Assembly (NCBI RefSeq): GCF_008065095.1
Contig: NZ_CP042911.1
Coordinates: 780,001 to 812,000 of the forward strand
From: Gemmata obscuriglobus
GTDB lineage: Bacteria; Planctomycetota; Planctomycetia; Gemmatales; Gemmataceae
DNA length: 32,000 nt
Direction of reading: 5' to 3'
In this document: positions 8,719 to 15,984 of the stretch, in pieces
Layout: each line of letters starts with the position of its first letter
Position numbering within the stretch: the first letter of the stretch is position 1
The notes under the pieces: generated by a model
Database searches by the model: none
Seen by the model: the letters and a program-made list of their open reading frames with translations, nothing else
What the model was told of the DNA's origin: nothing
Program-made: the position numbers and the translations under genes

Positions 8719-8916
8719 TCACTCCTTGCCCAGTACCAAGTCTACCACCCAGCACCCGCGCACGTGTACTCCGTCGCCGCGGCAGTGGTTCAGGATGTCG
8801 TCGGAGTCACACCCGGCGTCCTGAAGCGCATCGGCCAGAACCGGCATCGCGCCGAAGTCGCGCGACTCGTACATCTGCGCGGCGAGCGCGACGGCTTGAC
8901 TTAGTCCTACTGCCAA
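8719..8916 (-). pseudogene. Truncated paralogue (C-terminal ~50 aa only) of the 5845-6516 gene
   Basis: About 175 bp (8719-~8893) align to 5845-~6020 at roughly 80-85% identity by eye. The protein tail MYESRDFGAMPVLADALQDAGCDSDDILNHCRGDGVHVRGCWVVDLVLGKE matches MYESRDFSAMPVLADALQDAGCNSDDILNHCRGPGPHVRGCGVVDLVLGKE. The open frame is closed by a stop at 8926-8928 and has only a TTG start. The N-terminal ~160 aa of the family are missing. Confidence 0.5.
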
Positions 8917-9069
8917 ATTGAGGGCTCACAACGGTTTCGGCGGTCGGGGCGAGATGCGTAAGTTCCGGTAGCACCCGCGCGAAGAATCACCCGGTAGCCC
9001 CTTGACGCGGGAGACACATGACGGCATATCCGCCGGCATTGGGGCCGAATAGCTCGGGGGGGGCGTGTC

Positions 9070-9528
9070 ATGCGGCGCATTGTGCTCGCGGCGGGTGTGT
9101 TGTGCGCGGTGGCGGTAACAGGGCGCACCACAGCTCAGAACAGCTCGACCGGCTTCTCGACACCGGGTCAGGTGGTCGGCTCGTACAGCGGAAACTTGAA
9201 CCCGGTTGGTAACCGGTTGCCCCAGGTGGCGCCGCCCGTCGGTCAGGCGATTACCGGCAACGCTCAGCAGCGGCCGTACGACCCGAACCACCCCTACGAC
9301 GCCTTCAAGGGGAGCAGCTTCAGCCCGAACGATCTGGTGGCGCCGCTCGTCGGCCCGGACGGTCAACCGGTCCAACCGCCGGACGCGCTCGACCGGCTGT
9401 CCGAGAAGATCAAGGCGTTCTTCGTAAAGACCCCGGCGCCGCCGCCCCGTCCGCCGTACACCCCCGGCATCAGCCGCCGCAACAAGGAGCGGCGTGAGAT
9501 GCGTGAGATCCCCTGGCGCCGCGACTGA
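9070..9528 (+). CDS. Secreted Pro-rich hypothetical protein
   Basis: ATG at 9070 preceded by a G-run. The signal-like N-terminus is MRRIVLAAGVLCAVAVTGRTTAQ. Third-position GC is high. I recognise no domain. Confidence 0.55.
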   Translation: MRRIVLAAGVLCAVAVTGRTTAQNSSTGFSTPGQVVGSYSGNLNPVGNRLPQVAPPVGQAITGNAQQRPYDPNHPYDAFKGSSFSPNDLVAPLVGPDGQPVQPPDALDRLSEKIKAFFVKTPAPPPRPPYTPGISRRNKERREMREIPWRRD

Positions 9529-9558
9529 TGCGCCACGTTGGTTGCTCTGTATTTCTGT

Positions 9559-9579
9559 AGCTGGCCTCAGTGAGGCCAG
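9559..9579 (+). terminator. Perfect 10-bp-arm palindrome downstream of 9070-9528
   Basis: GCTGGCCTCA-G-TGAGGCCAGC lies 31 nt after the stop codon. No U-tract follows, so terminator function is uncertain. Confidence 0.3.
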
Positions 9580-9642
9580 CGCAACACGGATGATGCCGCG
9601 CAGGCCCATGTCGGTTCCGTGCTTACGAAAGCAAGTTTTGAG

Positions 9643-9701
9643 AGGATCAACAGGATCAACAGGATTTGAAATTGATCGGTCTTCAATCCTGTTGATCCTG
9701 T
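9643..9701. repeat. Tandem 9-mer (AGGATCAAC x2.5) forming the left arm of a 17-bp inverted repeat
   Basis: AGGATCAAC occurs at 9643-9651 and 9652-9660, followed by AGGAT. ACAGGATCAACAGGATT (9650-9666) is the exact reverse complement of AATCCTGTTGATCCTGT (9685-9701), with an 18-nt loop. Confidence 0.7.
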
Positions 9702-9800
9702 CAAAATCTTCTCGGCTTCTCCATTGAGCTTTGGTGCTGCGGTCTCGCCTCAGGCGGGACGTGGTCGCACGGCGCCGCGTGCGTTTGATACCGCCGCGTG

Positions 9801-9913
9801 TTCTTATTCCCGGTCCGGCTGGTATTGTCTGTTTCTTGTGACACAGACATTCCTGTCTGTGTGGCGTGAGAAGGCCGCACAGACAGGAATGTCTGTGCCA
9901 CAAAGACGAAACC
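9801..9913. repeat. Inverted pair of a short interspersed (REP/MITE-like) element; a third copy lies at 29811-29872
   Basis: Copy A ends ...CTTGTGACACAGACATTCCTGTCTGTGTGG (to 9863). Copy B (9875-9913) has the reverse complement GGTTTCGTCTTTGTGGCACAGACATTCCTGTCTGTGCGG. The two copies can pair into a ~38-bp hairpin. Each core also contains a mini-hairpin, ACAGAC-ATTCCT-GTCTGT. Confidence 0.75.
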
Positions 9914-9968
9914 AGAACGGACACCAACAGCCGGTTCGTGTTCTTGGCTGAGGCTCGCTTTCGCGCAC

Positions 9969-10490
9969 CTACTCCGTGAGCTGAAACGAGTTCAGAAACT
10001 CGTTCGCGAGGTCGGACTGTACGTAGGCGTCGGTGCCGATCACCATCACCTGATACAGTCGCGGGCCGACGACCCAGATCCGCGCCCGCATCGCCCCCCG
10101 CGTGGGCTGCGTGATCGACGCCGAGAACTCGCGCCCGGCGTACTTACCGGCCAGAACGTGCGAACCGCTCGACTCCTCTTTGCCGCCCGCGGCGCGGATC
10201 AGATCGCCTTTCGCCGAGTTCAGCACCCAGGGGACGAATTCCGGCGGCTCGTCGCCCTTCACCGGCAACTCCGTGACCGTGACCGAGCGGGCGCCGTCCG
10301 ACGTCTCGACCTTGTACGTCACCGACCGCGTGCCGCCAACGACCCGGTCGCTCGTCTGCGGGGCGATCCCGAACTTCACCTTGAACTTGTCCACCGTCGA
10401 GACGAACTCCGGCGCGTCCGCACAACCCGACACAACGCACGCCGCGAGCGCCAGAGCGCCGCCCAGCGCGCGGCGCGTGAACTGAACCAT
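9969..10490 (-). CDS. Lipoprotein, hypothetical (domain shared with the central part of the 2613-5783 protease)
   Basis: The ATG at 10490 is preceded by AGGAGA with a 7-nt spacer; the track start at 10508 is a GTG that overlaps this SD. A lipobox is present: LALAACVVSG-C. The C-terminal block GREFSASITQPTRGAMRARIWVVGPRLYQVMVIGTDAYVQSDLANEFLNSFQ parallels GAEFWLESRTGITRVRAYVHDRRIYLVRVTGTTGQVSGADAETILASFR in the protease. Confidence 0.7.
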   Translation of the reverse strand: MVQFTRRALGGALALAACVVSGCADAPEFVSTVDKFKVKFGIAPQTSDRVVGGTRSVTYKVETSDGARSVTVTELPVKGDEPPEFVPWVLNSAKGDLIRAAGGKEESSGSHVLAGKYAGREFSASITQPTRGAMRARIWVVGPRLYQVMVIGTDAYVQSDLANEFLNSFQLTE

Positions 10491-10613
10491 CGTTCGTTCT
10501 CCTCGCACCGGCGCCCGCTAGCTCACCTTCCGTCCCGCGCGCGCCGGGGGTATAACCACAGTGTAACCGGTCTTGTTCGAATGTTCACGCCCTCACCGCG
10601 ACGGTAACCACGC

Positions 10614-13600
10614 ATGGCGAAGTGCTTCTGCCACCTGCACCTGCACACCCACTACAGCCTGCTGGACGGGTTCAACCGCATTCAGCCGCTGGTGAAGCAG
10701 ACCAAAGAACTGGGCATGAACGCGGTCGCGATCACCGACCACGGGAACCTGTACGGCGCCATCGAATTCTACATGGAGTGCAAGAAGGGCGGCATCAAGC
10801 CCATCATCGGGTACGAGGCGTACCTGGCCCCCGGCTCGCGCCTCGACCGCGACAGCAAGGGCGAGCTCGGGTTCTCGACCCACCTCACGCTGCTGGCCCA
10901 GAACGAGACCGGGTTCAAGAACCTCATCAAGCTGTCCAGCAGCGCGTACCTGGAAGGGTTCTACCGCAACCCGCGCATCGACCGCCAGATCCTGGAGGCC
11001 CACAAGGACGGGCTCATCTGCCTCAGCGGGTGCCTGGCCGGCGAGTTCAACCAGTACATCATCAAGGACAAGCCGCAGGAGGCGGAGAAGACGGCCAAGT
11101 GGTTCCGCAAGGTGTTCGGCGAGAACTACTTCATCGAGATCCAGAACAACGGGATCGGGCTCCAGGACCAGTGCACGCCCGTGGCCGCGGACATCGCGAA
11201 CCGGCTCGGCGTCCCGCTCGTGGCCACCGCCGACGCGCACTACCTGTGCGCCGAGGACGCCCAGGCGCACGACATCCTGTTCTGCATCAACACGCGGCAG
11301 ATGCACGACCCGCGGAAGAAGAAGTACCCCGAAGAGCGGATGCCCAACCCGTACTTCGTCCGCAGCCCGGAGGACATGTACCGGCTGTTCCCCAACTACC
11401 AGGACGCGGTCGCGCGCAGCCAGGAGATCGCCGACAAGGTCAACATCGACCTGGACTTCAAGAAGCGGCACTTCCCGGTGTTCACCACCCCGGAGGGGCG
11501 CACCCCCGAGCAGTACCTGCGCGAGCTGTGCGAGCGGGGCATGGAGGAGCGGTACGAGGGGAAGGCGTCCGAGGCCGTGCGCAAGCGCCTCGACCACGAG
11601 CTGGGCATCATCGCGCGGATGGGGTTCTCGAGCTACTTCCTCATCGTGTGGGACTTCGTCCGGTTCGCGCGCGAGGAGGGCATCCCCTGCACGGCCCGCG
11701 GCTCCGGGTGCGGGGCCATCGTCTGCTACCTGCTGTACATGAGCCACGTCTGCCCGATCGAGTACGACCTGCTGTTCGAGCGGTTCCTCGACCCGAACCG
11801 GTCCGAGGCGCCCGACATCGACATCGACTTCTGCCAGGACCGGCGCGAGCTGGTCATCGACTACGTGAAGAAGAAGTACGGGGAGGAGTCCGTCGCGCAG
11901 ATCGGCACCTTCGGGACGCTGGCCGCGAAGGCCGCGCTCAAGGACGTGGGCCGCGTGCTCGGGCAGACGCCCGACCGCATGAACGCGCTGTGCAAGCTGG
12001 TGCCGATGAAGGGCGCCATCTCGAAGAGCCTGCAGGAGGCGCTGGACGAGTCCCCCGACTTCAAGCGCGAGTACGACCAGGACCCGAGCATCAAGCAGGT
12101 CGTGGACATCGCGCTGAAGTTAGAAGGCGCGAACCGGAACGTGGGCAAGCACGCCGCCGGGGTGGTGATCGCGAACGGCCCGGTCACGAACTACGTGCCG
12201 GTCCAGCGGCCGCCCAAGAAGGGCGGCAGCGACGAGGGCTCGGACGACACGACCACGATGACCACCCAGTGGGAAATGGGCATCCTGGAGAAGGTCGGCC
12301 TGCTGAAGATGGACTTCCTCGGGTTGCGGAACCTGACGGTCCTCGACAACTGCGTGAAGCTCATCAAGAAGACCCGCGGCATCACGGTCGAGCCGACGAA
12401 GTTCCCGCTCACCGACGAGGCCACGTACCAGTTGCTCCAGCGCGGCGACGCGAAGGGGGTGTTCCAGCTCGAAAGCGAGGGCATCCGCGAGCTGCTGAAG
12501 CGCATGAAGCCGGACAACATCCGCGACCTGATCGCGGTGCTGGCGCTGTACCGCCCCGGCCCGCTCGAGGGCGGGATGGTGGACGAGTACGTGGAGTGCA
12601 AGAACAAGCGGAAGCAGCCGTTCTACCCGCACCCGGTGATGGAAGAGGTGCTGAGTGAGACCTTCGCGGTGATGGTCTACCAGGAACAGATCATGCGGAT
12701 CCTGAACAAGCTCGGGGGGATCGAGCTCGCGAAAGCGTACGCGTGCATCAAGGCCATCAGCAAGAAGAACTTCGAGATCATCAACGCCCGCAAAGTGGAC
12801 TTCGTGACCGGCGCGAAGGAGCGCGGCCTGGAGGCCGAAAAGGCGGACGAGATCTTCGAGCTGATCGTGAAGTTCGGCGGGTACGGCTTCAACAAGTGTG
12901 TGGTCGCGGGGACCGAAGTGACGGACGCCGAAACGGGCGCGGTCGTTACCGTGGGCGAGCTGTTCGAGTCGCGCCGCGCGGTCACCGTTCACGCGCTGGG
13001 CGCCGACAGTAAGCTCCGCCCGCGCCCCGTGACCGACGTTGTGTGGAACGGGCGCAAGCGCGTGTACCGGCTCACGACCGAACTCGGCAAGAGCATCACC
13101 GCGACCGACAACCACCCGTTCCGCGTGCTGGACGGCTGGAAGAACCTCGGCGAGCTGAAGCCCGGGGACCGGATCGCCGCCCCGCGCCGCCTTGCGGTGC
13201 CGTCGGCCGGGACGTGGCCGCAACACGAAATCGTCGCGCTCGCCGGGCTGCTGTCGGAGGGCAACACCTGCCACCCGACAACGCTCTACTTTTACGGCAA
13301 CGACCGCGTGCTGATCGACGACTTCGCGCGCGCGATCGGTCAGTTCCCGGACACCGTGGCGAAGGTGTACGCGCGCCCGAACCGCCGGAACCTCGAAGTC
13401 CGGGCGAACACCGGGCGGGACACCCGTCTCAAGTCGCGCGCCGAGCGCGACGCGGCCGTCGCGTTGCTGGCCCCGCCGACGCGCTCGGGCGCGTTCGTGT
13501 GGGCGCAACGGCTCGGCATTCTTGGCAAGACGGCGACCGAGAAGTTCGTTCCGCACGACGTGTTCCGGCTGTGCGACTCCGACCTCGAACTGTTCTTGGG

Positions 13601-15467
13601 TCGGCTCTGGGCGGGCGACGGGTTCATCGCGAACGACACCCTGAAGGTGCCGTTCTACGCCACCTCGTCGCGCCGGTTGGCCCAAGACGTTCAGCACCTG
13701 CTGTTGCGCCTCGGCATCGTGGGCCGGATTCACGAGAAGCAGTTCAAGTACAAGGGCGGCTTGAAGCCCGGCTTCACGGTTCACCTGATCGGCGACGGCG
13801 CGGCCGAAGCGTTCCTCGACCGCATCGCCCCCCACTGCCTCGGGCGCGAGCACGCGGTCACGATCCTCCGGGAGCACGTTGCGACCACGGCGCGCGGGCT
13901 CACGAGCAAGGACACCGTGCCGCTCGAAGTTCGGGCCTGGGTTGACGACGGGCGCCGCGCGCGCGGGCTGACCTGGGACGAACTGGAGCAACAATCCGAC
14001 GTTTCGACGCAGGAATTTTACGGCACCCCCGCGCCCGGCAAAAAAGGGTTCCGGCGCGCCACGATTGCGAAACTGGCCGCGTTCTTCGGCTCCCAGCGGC
14101 TCGCGGCGGTCGCCGATTCGGACGTGTTCTGGGACCGCGTCGTTTCGATCGAGTACGCCGGGGTTCAGGACACTTACGACCTGACCGTTGATGAGGACCA
14201 CAACTTCGTCGCGAACGGGCTGATCGTCCACAACTCGCACACCGCGGCGTACGCGCAGATCGGGTACCAGACCGCGTACCTGAAGACGCACTACACCGCC
14301 GAGTACATGGCCGCGCTGCTGTCGAGCGAGATCGACGACGGCAACAAGCGCGACGTGTTCATCGACCACATCTCCGACGCCCGCCGGCTCGGCGTCGACG
14401 TGCTCCCGCCGGACGTGAACCGCGGGATGGCCGACTTCGACGTGCTGAACAACCGCATCATCTTCGGCCTGACGGCCATCAAGGGGGTCGGGCGCGGCGC
14501 GGCGCTCGAGATCGTCCGGGCGCGCAACGAGGGGGGGAAATTCAAGGACCTGTTCGACTTCTGCGAGCGGGTCGACCGGCGCATCATCGCCAAGGCGGCG
14601 GTCGAAGGGATGATCCAGGCCGGGGCGTTCGACGTGTTCGGGAAGCGGTCGGCGCAGTTCGCCGCCGTCGCGAAGGCGTACGCGGTGGCCGACCAGCGCG
14701 CCGCCGAGAAGCGCAAGGGGCAGACCGGACTGTTCGACGACGTGGAGGAGGCGGCCGACGCCGGCCCCACCAACCAGGGCCTGACGGACGTGCCCGAGTG
14801 GCCCGAGACCGAGCGCCTGAAGTTCGAGAAGGAGGCGCTGGGGTTCTACATCTCGAGCCACCCGCTCGCGCAGCACGACGAGCAGTTGCGCCGGTTCCGC
14901 ACCCACGACTGCGGGGTGCTCGCGAAGGGCGGGAAGAACGGCACCGAGGCGCGCATCGCCGGGATGATCACCAACCTCGACGTGCGCACCGCGAACAAGG
15001 GCCGCAACATCGGTCGCAAGTACGCCATGTTCCGCATCGAGGACTTCACCGGGTCCGTGCGGTGCATCATGTGGTCCGACGAGTACTCGCGGTTCCGCGA
15101 GCTGGTCAGCTCGGACACGGTCGCGATCTTCGAGGGCGTGCTGAACTGGGCGCCGGACCGGGCCGAGCCCGACTTCGGGGTCAAGAAGCTCATCACGATG
15201 GAGGAGGCCCGCACCGAGTTCACCAAGAGCCTGGTGCTGAAGGTCGCGTACTCCGAGGTCGACGAGGACCTGCGCAAGCTCGAGGCCGTCAGCGTGATCC
15301 TGAAGCGGTACCGGGGGCCGTGCCCGGTGTACCTGAGCATCCGCGACGGTAACGGGAAGCAGGTCCAGTTGAAGATGAGCGAGGAGTACAAGGTGAACCC
15401 GGCGGCGGTGAAGCTCGAAGAGCTGGAAATGCTGCTCGGCCAGGGGTCCGTGATCTTCTCGCGCTGA
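10614..15467 (+). CDS. dnaE: DNA polymerase III alpha subunit (DnaE), interrupted by an in-frame intein
   Basis: The N-terminal PHP domain reads HLHLHTHYSLLDG...AITDHGNLYG. The polymerase core and the C-terminal OB region are present. Length is 1616 aa, or ~1170 aa without the intein, which is typical for DnaE. The conserved motif GYGFNKSH is split as GYGFNK / intein / SHTAAYA. Confidence 0.95.
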   Translation: MAKCFCHLHLHTHYSLLDGFNRIQPLVKQTKELGMNAVAITDHGNLYGAIEFYMECKKGGIKPIIGYEAYLAPGSRLDRDSKGELGFSTHLTLLAQNETGFKNLIKLSSSAYLEGFYRNPRIDRQILEAHKDGLICLSGCLAGEFNQYIIKDKPQEAEKTAKWFRKVFGENYFIEIQNNGIGLQDQCTPVAADIANRLGVPLVATADAHYLCAEDAQAHDILFCINTRQMHDPRKKKYPEERMPNPYFVRSPEDMYRLFPNYQDAVARSQEIADKVNIDLDFKKRHFPVFTTPEGRTPEQYLRELCERGMEERYEGKASEAVRKRLDHELGIIARMGFSSYFLIVWDFVRFAREEGIPCTARGSGCGAIVCYLLYMSHVCPIEYDLLFERFLDPNRSEAPDIDIDFCQDRRELVIDYVKKKYGEESVAQIGTFGTLAAKAALKDVGRVLGQTPDRMNALCKLVPMKGAISKSLQEALDESPDFKREYDQDPSIKQVVDIALKLEGANRNVGKHAAGVVIANGPVTNYVPVQRPPKKGGSDEGSDDTTTMTTQWEMGILEKVGLLKMDFLGLRNLTVLDNCVKLIKKTRGITVEPTKFPLTDEATYQLLQRGDAKGVFQLESEGIRELLKRMKPDNIRDLIAVLALYRPGPLEGGMVDEYVECKNKRKQPFYPHPVMEEVLSETFAVMVYQEQIMRILNKLGGIELAKAYACIKAISKKNFEIINARKVDFVTGAKERGLEAEKADEIFELIVKFGGYGFNKCVVAGTEVTDAETGAVVTVGELFESRRAVTVHALGADSKLRPRPVTDVVWNGRKRVYRLTTELGKSITATDNHPFRVLDGWKNLGELKPGDRIAAPRRLAVPSAGTWPQHEIVALAGLLSEGNTCHPTTLYFYGNDRVLIDDFARAIGQFPDTVAKVYARPNRRNLEVRANTGRDTRLKSRAERDAAVALLAPPTRSGAFVWAQRLGILGKTATEKFVPHDVFRLCDSDLELFLGRLWAGDGFIANDTLKVPFYATSSRRLAQDVQHLLLRLGIVGRIHEKQFKYKGGLKPGFTVHLIGDGAAEAFLDRIAPHCLGREHAVTILREHVATTARGLTSKDTVPLEVRAWVDDGRRARGLTWDELEQQSDVSTQEFYGTPAPGKKGFRRATIAKLAAFFGSQRLAAVADSDVFWDRVVSIEYAGVQDTYDLTVDEDHNFVANGLIVHNSHTAAYAQIGYQTAYLKTHYTAEYMAALLSSEIDDGNKRDVFIDHISDARRLGVDVLPPDVNRGMADFDVLNNRIIFGLTAIKGVGRGAALEIVRARNEGGKFKDLFDFCERVDRRIIAKAAVEGMIQAGAFDVFGKRSAQFAAVAKAYAVADQRAAEKRKGQTGLFDDVEEAADAGPTNQGLTDVPEWPETERLKFEKEALGFYISSHPLAQHDEQLRRFRTHDCGVLAKGGKNGTEARIAGMITNLDVRTANKGRNIGRKYAMFRIEDFTGSVRCIMWSDEYSRFRELVSSDTVAIFEGVLNWAPDRAEPDFGVKKLITMEEARTEFTKSLVLKVAYSEVDEDLRKLEAVSVILKRYRGPCPVYLSIRDGNGKQVQLKMSEEYKVNPAAVKLEELEMLLGQGSVIFSR
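12897..14234 (+). mobile_element. Full-length intein (446 aa) with LAGLIDADG homing-endonuclease domain inside dnaE
   Basis: It starts at Cys (TGT, 12897-12899) directly after FNK. Block B is TATDNHPF. The LAGLIDADG-type motifs are LAGLLSEGN and FLGRLWAGDGF. Blocks F/G read VQDTYDLTVDEDHNFVANGLIVHN, ending in His-Asn (AAC, 14232-14234) and followed by Ser +1. All splicing residues appear intact. Confidence 0.9.
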
Positions 15468-15474
15468 GCCCGTT

Positions 15475-15501
15475 GCCCCCGGGGCCGCGGCCCCGGGGGG
15501 C
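15475..15501. terminator. GC-rich palindromic hairpin between convergent dnaE and crcB
   Basis: GCCCCCGGGGCC-GC-GGCCCCGGGGGGC lies 8 nt after the dnaE stop and 7 nt before the crcB stop. It is followed by GTTCTGTT on the plus strand. Confidence 0.45.
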
Positions 15502-15507
15502 GTTCTG

Positions 15508-15984
15508 TTACGCCCGGCCGCCCGCCAGGCGCATCGCGAGCCACACGCCGAACAGCCCGGCCGCGACCGAGCCCAGCACGTACACCGCGGCCGTCACCGG
15601 GCGGTCGGCGCGCAGGAGCTGGAGCGTTTCGAGGCTGAACGTCGAGAACGTGGTGAACCCGCCGCAGAACCCGGTGCCCAGGAACAGGTACCAGCTCTTC
15701 CGCGACTCGTCCGGGTGGTTCAGGAACGCCGCCGCGACGAGCCCGAGGATCGCCGACCCTGAAGCGTTGATGGCGAACGTGGCCCACGGGAACGCCACCT
15801 CGCCTTGCAGCGTGCGGACGTACAGCCCGAGCCAGTAGCGGGCGTTCGCTCCGGCGCCGCCGCCCGCCGCGAGCAGCACCGCCGGGTGCGTCACGAACGC
15901 CAGCAGCCAGGTTCCGAGTTCCACGTTGCGGTTCCGTGTTACGGGCGACCGGCGCCCCCGCTTGCGGAGCACGACGCCGCGCAC
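15508..15984 (-). CDS. crcB: Fluoride ion channel CrcB/FluC
   Basis: The family signature GTGFCGGFTTFSTFSLE is present, plus an ANARYWL-type first helix and four hydrophobic helices. The start is uncertain. GTG at 15984 overlaps the upstream stop (TAGTG) and gives 158 aa. In-frame GTGs at 15924 and 15894 would give the more usual ~130-138 aa. Confidence 0.85.
   Translation of the reverse strand: MRGVVLRKRGRRSPVTRNRNVELGTWLLAFVTHPAVLLAAGGGAGANARYWLGLYVRTLQGEVAFPWATFAINASGSAILGLVAAAFLNHPDESRKSWYLFLGTGFCGGFTTFSTFSLETLQLLRADRPVTAAVYVLGSVAAGLFGVWLAMRLAGGRA

Noticed and set aside
5890-8755. ORFs 5890-8085 (+, 731 aa), 6488-7465 (-, 325 aa) and 7496-8755 (-, 419 aa)
   Set aside because: They lie antisense or off-frame over the CotH-like and paralogue genes, have low-complexity Arg/Pro-rich translations, and cross real gene boundaries and intergenic gaps.
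4203-8916. Diversity-generating retroelement-type template/variable repeat pairs (protease repeats R1/R2; duplicated tails at 5845 and 8719)
   Set aside because: There is no reverse transcriptase gene in the window. Differences between the copies involve all base types and are not confined to adenine positions of one copy.
9643-9913. A possible CRISPR array, because of short direct repeats
   Set aside because: There are only 2.5 contiguous 9-mers with no spacers. The other repeats are inverted rather than direct, and there are no cas genes in the window.
8926-9927. A 333-aa minus-strand ORF spanning 8926-9927
   Set aside because: It runs antisense through the 9070-9528 gene and then through the hairpin- and repeat-rich intergenic DNA. 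Its composition is heterogeneous and it has no motifs or start context.
10593-14906. Long minus-strand ORFs (10593-11747 at 384 aa; 12120-14906 at 928 aa) and a +2-frame ORF (10622-12658) over dnaE
   Set aside because: They overlap the clearly coding dnaE frame. Their translations are Arg/Val/Asp/Gly-rich with no recognisable domains. They are shadow ORFs.
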